DNA of 61,756 nucleotides from a virus (Duplodnaviria > Caudoviricetes), in IMG/VR virus record IMGVR_UViG_3300042888_000791, positions 1-61,756 of that record; one strand, written 5' to 3'. A program made the position numbers and the translations under genes. This document shows, in pieces, positions 50,731 to 59,547 of this stretch; the first letter of the stretch is position 1; each line of letters begins with the position of its first letter. The notes beneath the pieces are model-generated. The model saw nothing but the letters and a program-made list of their open reading frames with translations. It did not search any database and had not been told where the DNA came from.

Positions 50731-52670
50731 TGTTACAGATATATAATAAATATGGTCAGTTAAAAGTTGTATCTTCTACATCTAGTACAGGAGTTTCTTC
50801 TGTATCTGGTGTAGCACCTATTACTTCAACAGGAGGATCTAATCCAATAGTTAGTACATCAATTCATACTAATAAACTTATTGGTAGAGGATCAGCAAGT
50901 ACAGGAGTAATGGAAGAAATTACTATTGGTGCTGGGCTAGCTTTAACAGGAACTGTTCTTAATGTTATAAGTCCTGTAATTCCTCATGCTCTTACAAAAA
51001 CAAATGATACAAATGTAACTATCACTTTAGGAGGAACACCAAGCACATCTTTATTACAAGATGTATCTTTAACTTTAGGGTGGACAGGTACATTAGCAGA
51101 TTCAAGAATATCAAGTGCTTCTATATGGAATGGTAAACAAGATGTTATTTCTTTAACTACTTTAGGAACATCTGGTGCAGCTACATTTATTTCTAATGTA
51201 TTAAACATACCTCAATATACAGACATATATACTGGTACTGTTACATCTGTGGCAGCTCTTACATTAGGTACTGTTGGTACAGATTTATCTTCTAGTGTAG
51301 CAAACAGCACAACAACTCCTGTAATAACATTAAATGTTCCTACAGCAAGTGCAACAAATAGAGGAGCTTTAAGTTCTACAGATTGGACAACATTTAACAA
51401 TAAACAAAATGCAATAGTATATACACCAGCAAATGAAGACGGTACAATTCTCTACCACTCTGTTAAATGGTTTACACCTACTTCAACTGTTAGTTCAAGT
51501 GGTACAACAGTTACGAGTATAGGCACTCAGTTTACTTCTATAATGGTAGGAGCGAAATTAACCATAAGTGGAGAAAGTAGAATTATCACTGCTTTTATAA
51601 ACAGTACAAATGTAACGGTTGCAAGTGCTTATTCACAAAATTATAGTGGTATTGCTGCCGGAAGTTGGGGTGTTTATAGTAAAGCATATTCTATAGCACC
51701 AGCAGATAATCCTAATTACTTTGGTGGTTATATTATATCAGATTATAGAAATACTATGTTACTTAGAGCAAATTATGATAGAACCGAATTTGGTTTAAGA
51801 ATTGCTGATACTTTAAATAATGTTGCATTTAATCCAACAAATAATAATGCTTTTCAGTTAGGTGGTAATAAAACTTTTCAATTTTTCCCAACAGCTGCAT
51901 CAAATGCATTAAATGGTACAGCAGATTTAGGTATAAGAAGAAATTCAGCAGGAATATTAGAAATATACGACGGAATTACAGCCACAGGTTTAGAAGCAAA
52001 TAGACGTGATTTACTAGTAAGAAATATATTTGGGAGTAAATTACTAATAGGTACAACAGTTGATAATGGCTCACTTTCAAATATACAAGGGAGTGTTACA
52101 GCAGCAAGTTTAATAGCAAGAGGTCAGTATTTAGCACCAACTTTAACTGCAAGTGCAAATAACGATGTATTAGTTGGTTTAGATATTGCTTCGTCTTTTA
52201 CGTTAGGAGGTTTTACGAATGTAGGACAATATCATTTAAGAATTGCCTCACCACCCACTAATGGGTATAGTATTTTTTTAGGTGGTAATGCTTCGATAAA
52301 TGGTTCCAATCAAATGAACCTATATCGGAATGGCGCAACTGTATTTGGGTCAAGTAGTGTAGAAACTAACGTAAGTACAAGTTCTCCAAATGTTCCATTA
52401 AAATTTACATTATCTTCTGGAGCACTTGAATTTGGGAGATTTTTTGCTACAACAGGAAACTTTATAGTACAAAACGGAGGAACTTTTACAGACATATCCA
52501 GTGCAAGGCTTCAAGTAAATAGCACGACACAAGGCTTCTTGCCTCCTAGAATGACAAACGCACAAAGAATAGCTATTGTTTCACCTGCAATAGGGTTAAT
52601 GGTGTATTGTACAGATACAGTTGAAGGAGTGTATGTTAACAAGTCAATAGGATGGACCTTTATAGGATAA
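50730..52670 (+). CDS. Tail fibre protein
   Basis: 646 aa, Gly/Ser/Thr-rich; GTVTSV, GALSSTDWTTFNNKQ and STTQGFLPPRMT.AQR.AI..PA.GLMVY motifs typical of Bacteroidota phage fibres. Confidence 0.75.
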   Translation: MLQIYNKYGQLKVVSSTSSTGVSSVSGVAPITSTGGSNPIVSTSIHTNKLIGRGSASTGVMEEITIGAGLALTGTVLNVISPVIPHALTKTNDTNVTITLGGTPSTSLLQDVSLTLGWTGTLADSRISSASIWNGKQDVISLTTLGTSGAATFISNVLNIPQYTDIYTGTVTSVAALTLGTVGTDLSSSVANSTTTPVITLNVPTASATNRGALSSTDWTTFNNKQNAIVYTPANEDGTILYHSVKWFTPTSTVSSSGTTVTSIGTQFTSIMVGAKLTISGESRIITAFINSTNVTVASAYSQNYSGIAAGSWGVYSKAYSIAPADNPNYFGGYIISDYRNTMLLRANYDRTEFGLRIADTLNNVAFNPTNNNAFQLGGNKTFQFFPTAASNALNGTADLGIRRNSAGILEIYDGITATGLEANRRDLLVRNIFGSKLLIGTTVDNGSLSNIQGSVTAASLIARGQYLAPTLTASANNDVLVGLDIASSFTLGGFTNVGQYHLRIASPPTNGYSIFLGGNASINGSNQMNLYRNGATVFGSSSVETNVSTSSPNVPLKFTLSSGALEFGRFFATTGNFIVQNGGTFTDISSARLQVNSTTQGFLPPRMTNAQRIAIVSPAIGLMVYCTDTVEGVYVNKSIGWTFIG

Positions 52671-52686
52671 TAAAAAACAAAAACAA

Positions 52687-52986
52687 ATGATAAATTATAC
52701 TTGGAAATTTAATGCTTTTGATTGTACGCCTGATAAAGTAGTAACTTCAATACATTGGAGATACAAAGGAGTAAATGAAAATAACACTTCTTATGAAACT
52801 TATGGAGTAATAGGAGTTGGATTACCTGACTATGAAAATTTTACAGATTTTGAAAATTTAACTTATGAACAAGTTTGTAGTTGGATAGAAAATTTAGTTG
52901 ATGTAGAAATAATGCAAAATAATATATCTGAACAAATAGCACTTTTAGAACAACCAAAAACTATAACTTTAAATCCACCTTTTTAA
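52687..52986 (+). CDS. Putative tail fibre chaperone/assembly protein
   Basis: 99 aa, acidic; V..IHWR...F..F..LT...V..W pattern; follows a fibre gene. Confidence 0.55.
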   Translation: MINYTWKFNAFDCTPDKVVTSIHWRYKGVNENNTSYETYGVIGVGLPDYENFTDFENLTYEQVCSWIENLVDVEIMQNNISEQIALLEQPKTITLNPPF

Positions 52987-53033
52987 TATTAAAAAATATT
53001 AAAAATATATAAGTAAAACAAAATAATTATTAA

Positions 53034-53041
53034 TACATTTG
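53034..53041 (+). promoter_or_regulatory. Possible -7 promoter element
   Basis: TACATTTG about 20 nt before ORF 53063; no clear -33 box. Confidence 0.35.
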
Positions 53042-53062
53042 TATAATTAAAATAAAAACATT

Positions 53063-53620
53063 ATGGCAATACCCTCAAAACAAATCGGATGGAGCAATGA
53101 ATCAAACCTATTATGGCAAGTTGCTAAAGAAATAGAATATTTAACTAGAGCAACTACTAATGTAACGGTAACAAATACTATTGCAAATCCTGTACCTGTT
53201 TCTGGTCCTCTAACAGATACACAATTAAGAGCCACCCCTGTACCAATATCTCCAAGACCAAATACTACTGGTTCTAATGGAACTACACCTTATAAATTAA
53301 CATCTTTAGCTAGTACTAATGCTAATGTAGTTAAAGCTAGTGGAGGTAACTTATATTCTATTGTAGCTATCGGACTTACATCTACTGTGAGATATTTAAA
53401 ATTCTATAATAAAGCATCTGCTCCTACTGTTGGAACTGATATACCTGTTATGACTATTCCAGTTCCAGCTAACTTACAAGGTGCTGGTATTGCTATTCCG
53501 TTTTCTATGGGAGTTAATTTTTCTTTAGGAATTGCTATTGCTATAACAAGTGGTGTTGCTGATACAGACACTGGTGTTATTGGTGCTGGAGATGTAGTTA
53601 TAAACTTAACCTATGCTTAA
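53063..53620 (+). CDS. Putative virion decoration/fibre protein
   Basis: MAIPSKQIGWS N-terminal module plus a jelly-roll-like C-terminal domain (YLKFYNKASAPTVGTD.P). Confidence 0.6.
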   Translation: MAIPSKQIGWSNESNLLWQVAKEIEYLTRATTNVTVTNTIANPVPVSGPLTDTQLRATPVPISPRPNTTGSNGTTPYKLTSLASTNANVVKASGGNLYSIVAIGLTSTVRYLKFYNKASAPTVGTDIPVMTIPVPANLQGAGIAIPFSMGVNFSLGIAIAITSGVADTDTGVIGAGDVVINLTYA

Positions 53621-53622
53621 TT

Positions 53623-53778
53623 ATGTTAACATTATTAAATTGTGGTCAAGGACAACAAAATACAATTAGTGTATTTGCTTTAATTGAAGCTTTTAAAATA
53701 AGAGTATTTGGACTTACTGGTACATATTCAGCAGAGGCTTGTCAAACAGCCACATTGAACGCTTTAAACAATATATAA
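53623..53778 (+). CDS. Small protein, 51 aa (absent from the ORF track)
   Basis: MLTLLNCGQGQQNTISVFALIEAFKIRVFGLTGTYSAEACQTATLNALNNI; exactly fills the gap and is coupled to the ATG at 53779. Confidence 0.65.
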   Translation: MLTLLNCGQGQQNTISVFALIEAFKIRVFGLTGTYSAEACQTATLNALNNI

Positions 53779-55605
53779 ATGAGTTTATTATCACAAGCAT
53801 CTTTAGTGATGACACCAAATGCTATTAAGGAGAGCAAAATCTATTCTATTATACCTACTAATGGTAATGGAGATGCAGATTTTACAAGAGGCACACTTGC
53901 AAGTAGTACATTAAGTGGTGCTAATGGATTAATTGAACTTGTTCCTTATAATTTATTATTAGTTAGTGAACGATTTAATGATGGAAATTGGATAAAACAA
54001 GGCATTGCTACAGTAATTCCAAATGCTATAAATTCTCCAAATTTAACTCTAACTGCTGATAAAATAGTTGAAGATACAACTAATGCTAATCATAGAGTTT
54101 ACCAAACAACTCCTGCTTTTACAACAGCAATTACAGTTACTTTTTCTATTTATGCAAAAGCTGGAGAAAGAAATTGGATGCGTTTAGGTATTTTTGATGG
54201 AACATCAAAATATTGTTTTTTTGATTTAACAAATGGAACTATAGGAACATCTTCAGGGTTGATTTCTCAATCAATTACATTAGCTAATAATGGTTGGTAT
54301 AGATGTACTATTACTGCTGATGTAATTGCCGTTAATGTTCAATCACAAATTTATTTAGCTTTAAGTAATGGTGGTTTTGGGTATTTAGGAGATGGAACAA
54401 GTGGATTATATTTATGGGGCGCACAAACAGTTCAAGGTTCTGTACCAAAAGATTACTTTTTCACAACAGATAGATTGAATGTTCCAAGATTAAACTATGA
54501 AAGTTATGGAGGTTGTCCAAGTATTTTGTTAGAACCTCAAAGAACAAATTTATTATTAAATAGTGTTTGGGCTGGTGGAGGTACTATTCCTACGAGTTGG
54601 ACTGCTAATTTTGTAACTGGAACATCAACTCCTATTGCAAGTATAAAAAATCCAAATGTAACTGCTTATAGGTTTGTTACTACTTCTGCTCAAAGACAAG
54701 AATTTTTTCAAAATTTTTCATTTAGTTCTACACCTACAAATTCAATAACTTGTTTTAGCGTTTATGTAGAATCAGTTACTACTGCAATTATTGTTTCTCA
54801 ACTTATAAGAATAAATCCAACAGGTGCTGGAGCTGGAACAACTGTGTTTTTAAAAAACAATGTAGTAATAGCTAGTGGAACAAATATAGAAGCTGGAAAT
54901 ACTTATTCAATTCAATACACTGTTACAACATCAGATACTTTTCAATTTAGAGTGGGTAGTGGTGTTAGTAGTACTGTGGCTGGTAACTTTGTAATATCAA
55001 TGCCTCAAGTTGAACAAGGATTATTCGCAAGAACAGCTTATAGCACTTCATTTATACCAACTACAACTGGTAGTGTAACAAGAAATGCTGATGTGTTTAC
55101 AAGAAATAATTTATATGCAAATGGAATAATTACAGATATAGGTGGCACTTGGTTTTTAGAAATTAATAATAATTTAAGTTTAATTAGAGATGGTACTTTA
55201 CCTTCGGGAATATCTTTAGATGTAAATCCAGCTTTTTTTGATGATGGGTTTCTTATAAGAAATAATTTTAATGGTACTTCTGTAAGATTAGGAATTGAAG
55301 TAAGACAAGGAGGTAGTATTGTTACTTCTTATTCAACACAAGAAAATACAGTAAAAATTGGAATAAAATGGACTGGTTCTAATTTTGTTGGTTATGTAAA
55401 TGGTATTGCACAAATAGCTGGTTCATTTACACCTATACAAATGAACTATCTTACTGCAAAGGCAGATGATGTTCCAAAGTATATAAAATCAATGATGTTT
55501 TTTCCACTTCCATTAAGTAATTCAGAAATGGTTGCTTTAACATCATCAACTAATTATATATCATACGAAAATATGGCAATTAACTTAAACTACGTAATAC
55601 AATAA
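53779..55605 (+). CDS. Fibre/spike protein with CBM-like and LamG/concanavalin-like domains
   Basis: NGWYRC, LWGAQ, LLEPQRTNL and TSFIPTT...TRNAD motifs; paralogue of the next ORF. Confidence 0.7.
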   Translation: MSLLSQASLVMTPNAIKESKIYSIIPTNGNGDADFTRGTLASSTLSGANGLIELVPYNLLLVSERFNDGNWIKQGIATVIPNAINSPNLTLTADKIVEDTTNANHRVYQTTPAFTTAITVTFSIYAKAGERNWMRLGIFDGTSKYCFFDLTNGTIGTSSGLISQSITLANNGWYRCTITADVIAVNVQSQIYLALSNGGFGYLGDGTSGLYLWGAQTVQGSVPKDYFFTTDRLNVPRLNYESYGGCPSILLEPQRTNLLLNSVWAGGGTIPTSWTANFVTGTSTPIASIKNPNVTAYRFVTTSAQRQEFFQNFSFSSTPTNSITCFSVYVESVTTAIIVSQLIRINPTGAGAGTTVFLKNNVVIASGTNIEAGNTYSIQYTVTTSDTFQFRVGSGVSSTVAGNFVISMPQVEQGLFARTAYSTSFIPTTTGSVTRNADVFTRNNLYANGIITDIGGTWFLEINNNLSLIRDGTLPSGISLDVNPAFFDDGFLIRNNFNGTSVRLGIEVRQGGSIVTSYSTQENTVKIGIKWTGSNFVGYVNGIAQIAGSFTPIQMNYLTAKADDVPKYIKSMMFFPLPLSNSEMVALTSSTNYISYENMAINLNYVIQ

Positions 55606-55609
55606 TAAA

Positions 55610-56860
55610 ATGGCAGACGCAAGTTTACAAATAGGAAATGGCAATTGGGCAGTAAAGACTTCTCTCTTATTAGGGTATAACATTGTTTCTAATCGTTATA
55701 ACCCAATAGAAATTGGTGTAACAAGAGAAACAACAGGTTCAAGAACAAATCAAGCTGGAATTATTGATTATAAAGATAATAACATAGCAAGGATAAATTA
55801 TGAAGGAGGAGTTGGTAGTTTATTGTTAGAACCACAAAGGACTAATTTAGTTTTACAGAGTGAAGCATTTGATACAGTTAGTTGGACTAAAATTGCAACA
55901 ACTATAACTGCTGATTCTATTGTTTCTCCAAGTGGAATTCAAAATGCTGATACAATTATAGCTAATGGAGTAAGTGGTTTTCATTATATATATAATTCTG
56001 CAACTGTTTCATCTGGAATAACATACAGTATTAGTGTATACGCAAAAAAAGGTACAAATAATTTTATACAATTAGCTGGAGGAACTATAGTTTATGGAAA
56101 TAATTTTTATGCAAATTTTGACTTAAACAATGGTTTAGTAGGTACTGTAGGTTCAACTGCAACCGCAAGTATTAAGTCAGTTGGGAATGGTTGGTATAGA
56201 TGTGTAATTACTGGGAATACAATATCAAATATTATAAATGATGCTTTTGCTGTTATAGGGATAGTATCATCAGCAACATCTGTAAGAGCTGAAGCAAATA
56301 TTTTAACAACAAATATATATCTTTGGGGCGCACAAATTGAACAAGGAGCTTATCCAACTTCATACATCCCAACTACTACTACAGCATTAACAAGAAACGC
56401 AGATACATTTACAAGAAATAACATTTACACAAATGGACTTATAACAAGTGCAGGTGGTACTTGGTTTGTTGAATTGAATAATAATCTTAATTTAATTAGG
56501 GATAACGGTTTAGGTTTTTTTTTAGACACTTCATCATCAGGAATTACAAATGGATTTATTATAAGAAGTAATACTGCTCTTTCATCAAGGCTAGTAGTTG
56601 AAGTTAGACAAGGTGGAAGTATAATTTCGACTACTGATGTATTGACTAATACGGTAAAAATAGCTATAAAATGGGATGGAACTTTAGCTAATGTATATGT
56701 GAATGGAGTAATAAGATTAACTAATATTCCTTTTACAACTACTTTGATGGAATTTTTAAATACAAATTCTTCAATTGGTATGCCTTATTACATAAAATCA
56801 ACAATGCTATTCCCTACTCCTTTAACTAATACAGAAATGATTAATTTAACAACTTTATAA
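55610..56860 (+). CDS. Fibre/spike protein, paralogue of 53779
   Basis: Shares LLEPQRTNL, NGWYRC, LWGAQ, TSYIPTT...TRNAD.FTRNN.Y.NG.IT..GGTWF and the C-terminal domain. Confidence 0.7.
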   Translation: MADASLQIGNGNWAVKTSLLLGYNIVSNRYNPIEIGVTRETTGSRTNQAGIIDYKDNNIARINYEGGVGSLLLEPQRTNLVLQSEAFDTVSWTKIATTITADSIVSPSGIQNADTIIANGVSGFHYIYNSATVSSGITYSISVYAKKGTNNFIQLAGGTIVYGNNFYANFDLNNGLVGTVGSTATASIKSVGNGWYRCVITGNTISNIINDAFAVIGIVSSATSVRAEANILTTNIYLWGAQIEQGAYPTSYIPTTTTALTRNADTFTRNNIYTNGLITSAGGTWFVELNNNLNLIRDNGLGFFLDTSSSGITNGFIIRSNTALSSRLVVEVRQGGSIISTTDVLTNTVKIAIKWDGTLANVYVNGVIRLTNIPFTTTLMEFLNTNSSIGMPYYIKSTMLFPTPLTNTEMINLTTL

Positions 56861-56861
56861 A

Positions 56862-57149
56862 ATGATTTACAAACTTAAATACGCAGACAAAAAAACTGCA
56901 ATATCTGATTTACTAGACAAAGGAGTTTATGTAATGCAAACAATTGATGAAGAAGAAGTCCTATCTTTCGGAGAGGGTATTCACGCAATTGTAGAACTTG
57001 GTAAAATTGTTATTAACCAACCTACCGAAGAAATTAAGCCTATATTTGCAGAGGGGTATCATTACGATGTTATGTCTGAACAAGAAATTGATTTTAAAGA
57101 GAATGAAATAATAGTTAACAACCCAAAGCACGGATTTTTAGGGCATTAA
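56862..57149 (+). CDS. Hypothetical protein (possible fibre chaperone)
   Basis: 95 aa, acidic, follows the fibre genes. Confidence 0.55.
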   Translation: MIYKLKYADKKTAISDLLDKGVYVMQTIDEEEVLSFGEGIHAIVELGKIVINQPTEEIKPIFAEGYHYDVMSEQEIDFKENEIIVNNPKHGFLGH

Positions 57150-57179
57150 ATAAAAACAAAATTAAAACCAAACTACATT

Positions 57180-58196
57180 ATGAAAGAATTAAAGTTTATC
57201 CAAGCTTGCCCAAGCGACATTTATTATACATGGCAAGTAAATCTTTGGATGGAAAGTCTTAAAGAAATAGGACATTCAGACAAAGCAATTAATTTAATTT
57301 TTACTCCTAAAGGTAGAGAAAATAGAGATAAATGGAAACAAGTAGAAAACTTATATCCAGAAGCTGAATTTTACTTTTATGAAGATGAAGACCAATTAAG
57401 TAAATTAATAGGAATATATATTCCTGTGCTTAGACCATATGTTCTTTGGAAACATTTTAAATTACACCCAGAATTAAGTGAAAAAGCTATTTTCTACTGT
57501 GATTCTGACATTTTGTTTATGAAAGATTTTAATGTAGATCAATTCTTAAATGATGATATTAATTATTTATCAAACACAAATAGTTATATTAATGCTAAGT
57601 ATTTTGATAGTAAAATTAATCAAGTGTTACCAGAAAAACTAGAAGAATATAAAACTAGAGACATTCTTGCAGAAATAGCAAGTGTTATAGGTATAAGTAG
57701 AGAAGTTTGTGAGACTAATAATGATCATTCAGGAGGAGCACAATATTTATTAAAAAATGTAGATGGTGCTTTTTGGAGTAAAGTGATGAATGATTGTATT
57801 CTTATAAGAACTTATTTACTAAAAATAAACAGAGAGTTTTTTAAAGATGAAAATTCAGGATTTCAAAGTTGGTGTGCTGATATGTGGGCTGTTTTATGGA
57901 ATATTTGGTTAAGAGATCAAGAAACAAAAGTGGTTCCTGAATTAAATTTTGCTTGGGCCACAGATCCAATAATAAAATTAGATACACATACCATCTTTCA
58001 TAATGCAGGAATAGTTTCTGAAACAGGAAATGGTTATCCAGCTTTTTATAAAGGCAAATATCATATGGGAACAGATCCTACAAAAGATTCTTACTTAGAT
58101 GTTATTCTTAATAATGAAATATCACAAAAGTTTTGTACGTGGTTTTATGCCACTAAATTAAATGAAATTAAAAATAAATATAAATTAAATTATTAA
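57180..58196 (+). CDS. GT-A fold glycosyltransferase resembling peptidyl-Ser/Hyp O-glycosyltransferases
   Basis: YY.WQ, Y.P..RP, YCDSDILF (DxD at 57501-57509), GGAQY, W.ADMWA and IFHNAG motifs. Confidence 0.7.
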   Translation: MKELKFIQACPSDIYYTWQVNLWMESLKEIGHSDKAINLIFTPKGRENRDKWKQVENLYPEAEFYFYEDEDQLSKLIGIYIPVLRPYVLWKHFKLHPELSEKAIFYCDSDILFMKDFNVDQFLNDDINYLSNTNSYINAKYFDSKINQVLPEKLEEYKTRDILAEIASVIGISREVCETNNDHSGGAQYLLKNVDGAFWSKVMNDCILIRTYLLKINREFFKDENSGFQSWCADMWAVLWNIWLRDQETKVVPELNFAWATDPIIKLDTHTIFHNAGIVSETGNGYPAFYKGKYHMGTDPTKDSYLDVILNNEISQKFCTWFYATKLNEIKNKYKLNY

Positions 58197-58214
58197 TAAA
58201 TAAATATAAATATT

Positions 58215-58625
58215 ATGACACCAAACAAACGTGACTTAAAAGCGTATTCTCGCTTTGATGGAACTGGAAGAATAGTTCCAGGAAGTACTGTACTTAGACG
58301 TAACAAACCTAGAGTAGGTAAATGGATTGAAATGCAAACATATGAATGTTGTAATGATGTTACATTGTTATATACTGTTTCTTCCCCAACAATTACTGAT
58401 GTATCAGTAAGACTTTTCTGTAATGGTACAGAAATAAATTACTTATATACAGCTAGTGATTCAACTACTATTGCATCATTGATTAATATATTAAATAATA
58501 CATTTAATGTATTAGGAGTATTTACAAATCCTAGTGGTAACATTATTCAATTAGTAATGTCTGGAGCACAAAAAGCAGCATTATGTCCTGTAGGTACATT
58601 AACTTTTACTGTTATAGCTGATTAA
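58215..58625 (+). CDS. Putative structural protein with N-terminal LKA..RFDG.GRIV.GS domain
   Basis: 136 aa; the N-terminal ~45 aa are paralogous to the next mini-ORF. Confidence 0.65.
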   Translation: MTPNKRDLKAYSRFDGTGRIVPGSTVLRRNKPRVGKWIEMQTYECCNDVTLLYTVSSPTITDVSVRLFCNGTEINYLYTASDSTTIASLINILNNTFNVLGVFTNPSGNIIQLVMSGAQKAALCPVGTLTFTVIAD

Positions 58626-58634
58626 AACAAATAT

Positions 58635-58811
58635 ATGTCAAATACAACAACTTTAAAAGCTTTTGTTAGATTTGATGGGTCTGGACGTATAGTTGCAGGA
58701 AGCTTAATTCTTAGAAAGAATAAGCCAAAAATAGGTAGGTGGAAAGAGATTACAACATATGAGTGTTGTAATCCTACCACTACCACCACCACTACAGAAC
58801 ATTTATTGTAA
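58635..58811 (+). CDS. 58-aa mini-protein with poly-Thr tail (absent from the ORF track)
   Basis: MSNTTTLKAFVRFDGSGRIVAGSLILRKNKPKIGRWKEITTYECCNPTTTTTTTEHLL; clear paralogue of the ORF 58215 N-terminus. Confidence 0.85.
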   Translation: MSNTTTLKAFVRFDGSGRIVAGSLILRKNKPKIGRWKEITTYECCNPTTTTTTTEHLL

Positions 58812-58835
58812 TAACTGATATAAAAAATAAACAAA

Positions 58836-59255
58836 ATGGCATTAAAATCCCTATTTCCTGAAGAAATGATGGAATCAAAAGGAAGTTCTAGCCTTACACT
58901 AGAAAGCATAGCAGGAAAGCTAACATACTTCCATGAACAATTACATTTATTACATTGGCAAACTAGTTCATATGCAGAGCACCAAGCTCTTGGTGGATTA
59001 TATGATTATGTACATGATTTTAAAGATGAAGTGGTAGAAAAAATAATGGGTTATACAGGAAAAAAACCTAGAGCTTTTAAAATAGAACCTCTATCTGATA
59101 ATGCAGATTGTAAAGGTGTAGTAGTAGCATTAATATCTTTTGCTAGCCAACTAGAAGAATTTGCAGAAGCTAATAATATGCCAGATATTGAAAATATTTC
59201 TCAATCATTATCTGGAGAAGCAGCTAAAACTAAATTTTTATTAACATTATCATAA
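58836..59255 (+). CDS. Ferritin/Dps-like four-helix protein (DUF5856-like)
   Basis: LHWQT.SYAEH.ALG.LYD...D..VE..MG di-iron-type motif. Confidence 0.75.
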   Translation: MALKSLFPEEMMESKGSSSLTLESIAGKLTYFHEQLHLLHWQTSSYAEHQALGGLYDYVHDFKDEVVEKIMGYTGKKPRAFKIEPLSDNADCKGVVVALISFASQLEEFAEANNMPDIENISQSLSGEAAKTKFLLTLS

Positions 59256-59543
59256 ATGCTAATAAATAAAAGATTTTTTCCTAAAATAATGTTAGATAAT
59301 GATATTATTTATTTAGCTCACTTAGAGGGAGTAATAGATTCTGTTGATGAGTTATCTAGTATGGAAATTACTAAAAATAATGAATCTTATAGATTTAGGC
59401 TAGCACCTAGTCTTCCTAAATATATACCAATGCTTTTAGAAGAAATACTAAAGTTGCATAATTTATTTAGAATCAAACTTGATCTCAGTAAATCAATAAA
59501 AACTTCTGGAACAATTGTATTTGAAATAAATTTAAACAAATAA
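59256..59543 (+). CDS. Hypothetical protein
   Basis: 95-aa ORF coupled to the upstream stop. Confidence 0.6.
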   Translation: MLINKRFFPKIMLDNDIIYLAHLEGVIDSVDELSSMEITKNNESYRFRLAPSLPKYIPMLLEEILKLHNLFRIKLDLSKSIKTSGTIVFEINLNK

Positions 59544-59547
59544 TATT

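Noticed and set aside
53779-56860. Diversity-generating retroelement (TR/VR pair)
   Set aside because: Similar segments differ at all base types, both are coding, and there is no reverse transcriptase in the window; ordinary paralogy explains it.
861-58909. Minus-strand and nested short ORFs in the track (e.g. 7262-7621, 31050-31448, 48851-49174, 58622-58909)
   Set aside because: They lie antisense to or inside well-supported + strand genes; the poly-Val runs are just the reverse complement of Thr codon tracts.
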